64,000 nucleotides of DNA from IMG/VR virus record IMGVR_UViG_3300037634_005573, positions 1 to 64,000 of that record. The stretch is one strand, 5' to 3'. The stretch's first letter is position 1. Each line of letters opens with the position of its first letter. This DNA is from a virus. Its lineage: Duplodnaviria > Caudoviricetes. The position numbers were made by a program, and so were the translations under genes. Positions 58,621-64,000 of this stretch are shown here, one piece after another. The notes under the pieces are model-generated. The model ran no database searches, was not told where the DNA came from, and saw only the letters and a program-made list of their open reading frames with translations.

Positions 58621-59255
58621 GAAGTCCTCGCTGTCTTTTCGTGTTTTGTAAAGTATCTTCGATCCCCTAGAGAAGCATTCTGGCTAGAATTGTAATATGA
58701 GGAAACTTCTTCATCTTGTTTTCTTGGTTGGATAGCGTCAATTAAAGGAATCGTATTTTTAAATAAAACATAGCCGTATTCTAGGGCCCTCTTGTATACA
58801 TCTGCCACCTCATCAAATTCAGGATAAATAGTATATTTCATTTGTGCTATGATCGGCCCGTCATCAATCCCAGGCGTTATTTCGTGTATTGTAATCCCAT
58901 GCTCTAATTCATTGTTTTTTAAAGCCCAATTTATTGGAGAAACCCCCCTGTATTTCGGTAATGGCGAGTTGTGAATATTAATAATATTATTGCAGGACCT
59001 TATAAACCTATCTCTAATAATTTTGTCGTAAAAAACAGACACAACAAGATCTGGTCTAGACGGCAGGTCGTTGTAATGACCAGAGCTAACAATATCTACG
59101 GTATTGTGACTAGCCCAGTCAGATAAAGATTTAGTCCAGCTAGGTTCTGGGGTGACCGGGACTACACAGACTAGCTTGTAATTTGGCGACTCCAAAAACC
59201 ACTCACATACTTTTATGGCCAAGTCTCCTTTGCCAAGAACAGTAACAGTTTTCAT
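58617..59255 (-). CDS. Formyltransferase (sugar N-formyltransferase-like)
   Basis: INIHNSPLPKYRG...GITIHEITPGIDDGPII (N-H-D triad). Confidence 0.88.
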   Translation of the reverse strand: MKTVTVLGKGDLAIKVCEWFLESPNYKLVCVVPVTPEPSWTKSLSDWASHNTVDIVSSGHYNDLPSRPDLVVSVFYDKIIRDRFIRSCNNIINIHNSPLPKYRGVSPINWALKNNELEHGITIHEITPGIDDGPIIAQMKYTIYPEFDEVADVYKRALEYGYVLFKNTIPLIDAIQPRKQDEEVSSYYNSSQNASLGDRRYFTKHEKTARTS

Positions 59256-60103
59256 AATTTTATATCCTCTAATAATTTAGTGACCCGCTGGTCATACGTA
59301 TGTTTCTCGGCTAGTTGTAACCCTGCTTTTGCAATCTCGCTAATATCGTTGTTTTGGATGTGTTTTGCCCTTTCTTTCAATTCATCAATATCTCTGTAGA
59401 TAAAACAATTTACCCCGTCTATAAAGCCTAATTCATGATATTCTGAACTATCGCTAGTTAATAAGGCTGTGCCACATCCTATGGTCTCAAAGTTTCGATA
59501 GTTGATCGCTGAATTATTTTTCCACGACATATTCATATTAAAATGACATTTATAAGAATTAATCGCTCTTACCATCTTATCACCAATAACAAATATATCT
59601 AAATGTAAGCCGTAAGTTCCACTCATCCAGTCTAACAATGGTTTTCTATTAACATAGTTTCCGCAAAATCCCAAAACGTGCTCCTTAGGGATACCTAATG
59701 GCTTAATAATATCTGAGTCGTAGCTATTGGGGAGCCATATGTGATGTTTCTTGGAAACAAAATCCCTGGTAGAGTGCAAAAGATAGTCATAGCGCCCCCT
59801 AACAAACTCGTTTTCAAACATATCAAGCCCCAAACAGTGTGCGTCTATAGACCACAAAAGTTTTATTGCTTTTGTATTCGAGAGGTCGGGCAGCCAATTA
59901 CCAGAGACATGAGCATAATTCTCCAAGTTAATTATTAAATCATAGTCACTAAATGTAGGCAATATATCATAATTAGAATGCCCTAGGCCCCAGACTGTGG
60001 CCGTGTGATTTAATTTTTCAAAAGACCTCTTTAGGCTATAGCACTCACGAAAATCTCTATTTTCATCATGCCTGCCATTCTCTTGAATTATTAACACATT
60101 CAT
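59252..60103 (-). CDS. Glycosyltransferase (CgeB/Glyco_trans_1_2-like GT-B)
   Basis: LGFCGN; INSYKCHFN; NYRNFETIGCGTALLT. Confidence 0.75.
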   Translation of the reverse strand: MNVLIIQENGRHDENRDFRECYSLKRSFEKLNHTATVWGLGHSNYDILPTFSDYDLIINLENYAHVSGNWLPDLSNTKAIKLLWSIDAHCLGLDMFENEFVRGRYDYLLHSTRDFVSKKHHIWLPNSYDSDIIKPLGIPKEHVLGFCGNYVNRKPLLDWMSGTYGLHLDIFVIGDKMVRAINSYKCHFNMNMSWKNNSAINYRNFETIGCGTALLTSDSSEYHELGFIDGVNCFIYRDIDELKERAKHIQNNDISEIAKAGLQLAEKHTYDQRVTKLLEDIKL

Positions 60104-60933
60104 ATTTTACTAGCCTCCTCAAGGATCATATCTTTCCAGTAGTCAAAGCTAAGATACCTTAATGTATCATTTTGTCTACATTTTGCTTGTTCTATTTCCT
60201 TTTTTAAAAAGTTTAAGTCTTTTAAGTTACTACTATTTTCTATTAATACAACAGGAAACATGTGGTGTATACTTCTATACATTGCTGGGTTAAATGTAAG
60301 CGGAATGCGTTTTAAATATAGAGTTTCATATACGCGTAAATTATCACCATTATCATTACCTTGGGCACATAGCACTGCCTCATGGTCTAGTATGGCATCC
60401 ACAAAATTCATGTATGGTATCTCACTGAGGTATCTTTCTCGATCTGCGCGGCCACTTGGTTCCTGCCACGTAATAAAATCAGTTGTCTGTGCAATTTCTT
60501 TTATACCCGTTCGGTGGGATGGGTTTGTGTTAACTCTAAAATTAGCATAAATAAATTTTGTTGGATCCCTTGACGGCGGGCTAGAAAGCACCCTTCTTTT
60601 CTCTTCCCCTTCTAATTCATAACCGCACCATGAGAAAGACCCTTTGTTTACAGCTTCTGAGACTTCTATCCCTCTTGGTATTGGTTGAACGAGTGGGGAC
60701 CACTTGTCTAAATCAACACAACAATTCCATGAAAAAACTTTTTTAACATTTTTAGGTATCATATCCATATGGTGATTATATAGGCACATATCGCTACCAG
60801 CAAGTATTAAAATAACGTCATGGTTTAATCTACTAATCTCAAGCGAGGCCTGGCTTAGGAAGTCAAATTTACAAAAAATTATTTTTTCGCCGTCATGCAA
60901 ATCAACAAATTTATTAAGTTGTATCGTATTCAT
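60100..60933 (-). CDS. Exostosin/GT47-like hypothetical protein
   Basis: IYANFRVNTN; VLCAQGNDNGDNLRVYETLYLKRIP resembles the exostosin PxGxG...RxxEAL...IP motif. Confidence 0.5.
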   Translation of the reverse strand: MNTIQLNKFVDLHDGEKIIFCKFDFLSQASLEISRLNHDVILILAGSDMCLYNHHMDMIPKNVKKVFSWNCCVDLDKWSPLVQPIPRGIEVSEAVNKGSFSWCGYELEGEEKRRVLSSPPSRDPTKFIYANFRVNTNPSHRTGIKEIAQTTDFITWQEPSGRADRERYLSEIPYMNFVDAILDHEAVLCAQGNDNGDNLRVYETLYLKRIPLTFNPAMYRSIHHMFPVVLIENSSNLKDLNFLKKEIEQAKCRQNDTLRYLSFDYWKDMILEEASKI

Positions 60934-61643
60934 GAACAGTACTTCCTTTTATAATCTTGAAATTCATGTGAAAGGGCTGCCTCTATCTGGCTTGCGAGGG
61001 GAGGATTATATCTACCTTCCCCTAATTTACAAAATTTAGAAATACCATTTTTTGATATTTCTTCAATAGATTCTAGCATCATCTTTTGCTCCAAATTATG
61101 AATTCTAATTTGAATGTCAACTAAGCTATCATCTTTATAAATTTCTATTTTTTGCTTGTCAACAAGAAGTCCACGATCAATATTGGCATCTATAATATGT
61201 GTGGTAACACCTTGTGGTGATCCCCTTAGGATCGCCCACTTTATTGTGTCCAAGCCCCTGTTATCAGGTAACAACCCAGGATGCATATTTAACACGCCCT
61301 TTGTAAAATTTTTAAAAGCTATAGGCTTTAGTATTCTAGCGCCTAAGATAACTCCTAAATCTAGTTGATAATCAATCACTAACTTCGATGTTTCTATAGA
61401 ATTATGCTTTACGACATGATAGTCTATGTTATGTGCAGTAGCCACCTCCTTCGGGTGGAACAAAAATAAACCTCTAGGGTTTGTTCGCACATTTGATCTG
61501 TGGATATTCAACTTCACAGGATCTGCTGCGAACACAACTTTTGGCTTCAATCCGGATAAGATAAGATTTTGTATCCCGACTTGGGTTTTCCAGTGTTTAA
61601 AGTTATATGCAAATATACCTATATTTAATTTATTTTTAATCAT
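60930..61643 (-). CDS. Second formyltransferase-fold protein
   Basis: LNMHPGLLPDNRG...GVTTHIIDANIDRG. Confidence 0.85.
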   Translation of the reverse strand: MIKNKLNIGIFAYNFKHWKTQVGIQNLILSGLKPKVVFAADPVKLNIHRSNVRTNPRGLFLFHPKEVATAHNIDYHVVKHNSIETSKLVIDYQLDLGVILGARILKPIAFKNFTKGVLNMHPGLLPDNRGLDTIKWAILRGSPQGVTTHIIDANIDRGLLVDKQKIEIYKDDSLVDIQIRIHNLEQKMMLESIEEISKNGISKFCKLGEGRYNPPLASQIEAALSHEFQDYKRKYCS

Positions 61644-62487
61644 GTATGCTTGTTAGCTTTATTATAGAAGATTCTAAGTGATAAGACTCTATTGATTCAG
61701 ACGTAGATTTAAATAATTCACAAATCCTGTCTCCTTTCCTTGGAGGAATTTTAATAATATCTCTCTGAGGGTATAGGGAGCTTGCTATATCTAGCATATT
61801 TCTTCTTCCAACAGAGTTAACAATATATCTACCAGGACTAGATGTCATTGTGTGCATAATCAAACCTACAGACTCCTCTAATGAAATAAAATGCCTCTCA
61901 CACTCAGCAACAACCTTAATGCTTTGGTCACTGGACAGGCGATCCCATATCTCAAACACATTTCCGGAAGTCTCTACGACGTTAAAATATCTTGCTACAC
62001 TGCCTCCTGCGTTCAGGGCTATCTTCTCAGCTATTAACTTTGAAGCACCGTAAACAATTTCAGGATTGTTAGCTTTGCACGTCGATGCTAAAACAACTTT
62101 ACAATTTGACGGGGACGCGTCTACCATGTTCTTCATGCCAATTGTATTAATGGATAAAGTTTTCCATATTTCCCTCTCACCTAAGGGGGCATGCTTAGCA
62201 CCTGCTATGTTCACTATGATTGTTGGTTTAAATTTATTTACCACAGAGAAGACATTTTGAAAATCTGTTACGTCTAAATACTCATGATCACCCACAATAT
62301 CTGTTGTAAGCAACTCATCTATATAAGAACTCTGTAAGTTAATTCTAGATGTTAATGCTCTACCAATACTCCCATCTGCGCCTGTTAATAATATTCTTTC
62401 CTTCTTGGAGAATGTAATACCATACGGCTCTATAAGAATAGGAAATTGTTTTCTATTTAAAATTTTACTTACCTTATCACTTCTCAT
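61636..62487 (-). CDS. CapD/PglF-like nucleotide-sugar 4,6-dehydratase (SDR domain only)
   Basis: LLTGADGSIG; AGAKH; STCKANNP..VYGASK; RYFNVVETSGNV. Confidence 0.8.
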   Translation of the reverse strand: MRSDKVSKILNRKQFPILIEPYGITFSKKERILLTGADGSIGRALTSRINLQSSYIDELLTTDIVGDHEYLDVTDFQNVFSVVNKFKPTIIVNIAGAKHAPLGEREIWKTLSINTIGMKNMVDASPSNCKVVLASTCKANNPEIVYGASKLIAEKIALNAGGSVARYFNVVETSGNVFEIWDRLSSDQSIKVVAECERHFISLEESVGLIMHTMTSSPGRYIVNSVGRRNMLDIASSLYPQRDIIKIPPRKGDRICELFKSTSESIESYHLESSIIKLTSIHD

Positions 62488-63307
62488 CTATACCCTCCAA
62501 CAGTGCCTGTATAAGGCCGGTAATGTACTGCTCGTTATCTTTAAAAGGCCTGGGACTGTGTAATTCCGAGTAGCCGCCTGCTTTTAATATATCTATGCTA
62601 TAACCTAAACGTCCGCCTCTGTCTAGTCTTCTTGGCACCAAAACATCATGAAATAATCTTAACCGGACCACTTCCGAATCTTTATTTTTAAGATTATAAT
62701 TATTGATAATTTTTGAAGAATGTAATTCGTCTAGAGCCCAGTAATTTGATGGTAGAGTAGGGTAATCATTTCTGTAGGTGAAAACTTTTTTTACTTCTGT
62801 TTCCCAGCTATCATCTATGCCCAATATTTTTTTATAAGTGCTACCCTTTGCTATGTGCCATCCAGAGGGGTAAACATCAGGCAAAAAATTCTTATATGCA
62901 TCTGCCATAGCGATAATATACTTATCGTCTGTTAGAGCTTCGGACTCTTGTAGAAAGTTAAATATTCTAGATGTTAAAGATAGCTGGTCGATGCCCATTG
63001 TTAAACACACATCATCACTAAACATTGTCGGTCCATAGAAGAATGCCCATGTTGTAGACCAATCCATATTAGGGTCGACAATAGCACTTTTAATTGGGTC
63101 TAGGCGGTAAATCTCACCCCATTTAGTCGACAAATTGCTACTGTTTAATTCTTCCTGCGTTCCTACAAACATCAACGTAGGAACCATGTCAAATCTTCTT
63201 CTCCAAACCTCTGAGAATGGATTCCAAAAATCAGTGTACAATTTATTGTTATTAAGACAAAATATTATTCTATCTATCTTCATCTTCGTTCCTGTTAAAT
63301 GGATCAT
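62477..63307 (-). CDS. Hypothetical protein in the glycan operon (possibly GT-like)
   Basis: 276-aa ORF overlapping both neighbours; LTMGIDQL may be a DxD-like element. Confidence 0.6.
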   Translation of the reverse strand: MIHLTGTKMKIDRIIFCLNNNKLYTDFWNPFSEVWRRRFDMVPTLMFVGTQEELNSSNLSTKWGEIYRLDPIKSAIVDPNMDWSTTWAFFYGPTMFSDDVCLTMGIDQLSLTSRIFNFLQESEALTDDKYIIAMADAYKNFLPDVYPSGWHIAKGSTYKKILGIDDSWETEVKKVFTYRNDYPTLPSNYWALDELHSSKIINNYNLKNKDSEVVRLRLFHDVLVPRRLDRGGRLGYSIDILKAGGYSELHSPRPFKDNEQYITGLIQALLEGIDEK

Positions 63308-64000
63308 ATGCCTTTAACTTAGGTTTATTCAGCGCGTAATTAGTTAATGCAAGTTGCCAAAATTCTGTTCTATCTTTTCTTTTTGAACAAGGTACTGAGT
63401 ATGAAAAGTTCTGCCCACATGTTAGGCACATTCTAGCTAACTTTTTATTACACTCGTCTAACGTAATGTCTGACAAGCTATCGAAATAATCCTCCTGATT
63501 GGCCAGCACTCTACCGGCGCCGCTACTGCATGGTCTAAAGCCAGTACGAGAAAGCTCCCAACCACATGATGCGTGCATCTGACAGTCTAAAATTATATTA
63601 TTTTCTTTAACAAACCGAGACTGAGCGGGGGTCAAATTAGGTGGATAATAACCATCGAGTGGGGGGTTAGCAATGTCTTCCTCCGAACCCTGGTGCATCT
63701 TTTCTATTTCATCAAGTCGATCAATCGGAGCTTGCCACACATTGCCAAAATCAGGTATGAACTCCGCTACCTTTTTTTCACCCGTTTTAAAATTAACAGA
63801 TTCTTCAATGTATGTTTTCTCCATCGTGTCCTTAAGCGGCTTAGAACAAACTATCAGCCAGTCAGGGTGCCCAATATGGCTTAAATCAAATCCATCTGTG
63901 ACTCTATTAAGCTTCATTAAATTTGCATTCTCTATATCAAGAATTTTGCGAACCTTCTTGCCCGTGCCATTTGATATCACTTTTAAAGTCAAATCGGGCA
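63270..64000 (-). CDS. Radical SAM-like protein, C-terminal part (open at the right edge)
   Basis: The frame has no stop up to the window edge (PDLTLKVISNGTG); Cys-rich C-terminus CQMHASCGW...GFRPC...CLTCG resembles SPASM/twitch. The CxxxCxxC motif would lie outside the window. Confidence 0.5.
   Translation of the reverse strand, partial: PDLTLKVISNGTGKKVRKILDIENANLMKLNRVTDGFDLSHIGHPDWLIVCSKPLKDTMEKTYIEESVNFKTGEKKVAEFIPDFGNVWQAPIDRLDEIEKMHQGSEEDIANPPLDGYYPPNLTPAQSRFVKENNIILDCQMHASCGWELSRTGFRPCSSGAGRVLANQEDYFDSLSDITLDECNKKLARMCLTCGQNFSYSVPCSKRKDRTEFWQLALTNYALNKPKLKAYDPFNRNEDEDR

Noticed and set aside
2572-63884. The many plus-strand ORFs in the track
   Set aside because: All lie antisense to longer minus-strand genes that carry recognisable motifs or tight coupling; none has a recognisable motif of its own.
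1-64000. Stop-codon reassignment (as in some large phages)
   Set aside because: Conserved genes are full length under the standard code, and TAA, TAG and TGA all end genes at tight junctions.
1-64000. tRNA/rRNA genes, CRISPR arrays, integrase/transposase, DGR
   Set aside because: None recognised by eye. Intergenic gaps are mostly under 160 nt and explained by promoter or RBS elements. No tRNAscan or similar tool was run.

Overview
This is a 64-kb segment of a large tailed-phage genome (Caudoviricetes, myovirus-like, T4-type head and baseplate modules). Essentially every real gene is on the minus strand, tightly packed with frequent ATGA/GTGA/TTGA stop-start overlaps, in the standard genetic code. 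In transcription order (right to left): (1) 51.4-64 kb, an AT-rich operon of about 15 nucleotide-sugar and glycosyltransferase genes (partial radical SAM, CapD-like dehydratase, two formyltransferases, Gfo/Idh/MocA oxidoreductase, DegT aminotransferase, fcl, gmd, two epimerases, a short UDP-glucose-dehydrogenase-family enzyme, several GT-like proteins). (2) 49.5-51.3 kb, an FmdB zinc-ribbon protein and a sigma-factor-like protein. (3) 17-49.5 kb, a tail/baseplate module (OB-fold+M15 peptidase, HxH spike-like protein, 2489-aa orphan, gp25, gp6, DNRLRE protein, 2904-aa LamG wedge-like protein, paralogous fibre/collar-like proteins). (4) 10-15 kb, RuvC-like resolvase, primase and a single-chain Mre11-Rad50 (SbcD-SbcC, gp47-gp46) fusion. 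(5) 0-9.9 kb, a holin/spanin-like triad, large terminase, portal and prohead protease (partial; missed by the ORF track). The most notable unexplained signals: six unrelated proteins share an N-terminal leader MK(I/L)TKxQLKx(I/F)IKEE resembling a capsid-targeting/protease-cleaved tag, with two vestigial MKIT mini-ORFs; two more proteins share a second leader, MKLIMEGWR(R/H)Y; a candidate late-promoter motif (A/G)CTA(T/A/C)TTA; a recurring (T/S)-(G/A/S)-(S/T) motif in virion proteins next to a phage glycosylation island; and over-representation of GCCGGC. Protein assignments come from motif recognition only; no database searches were run.
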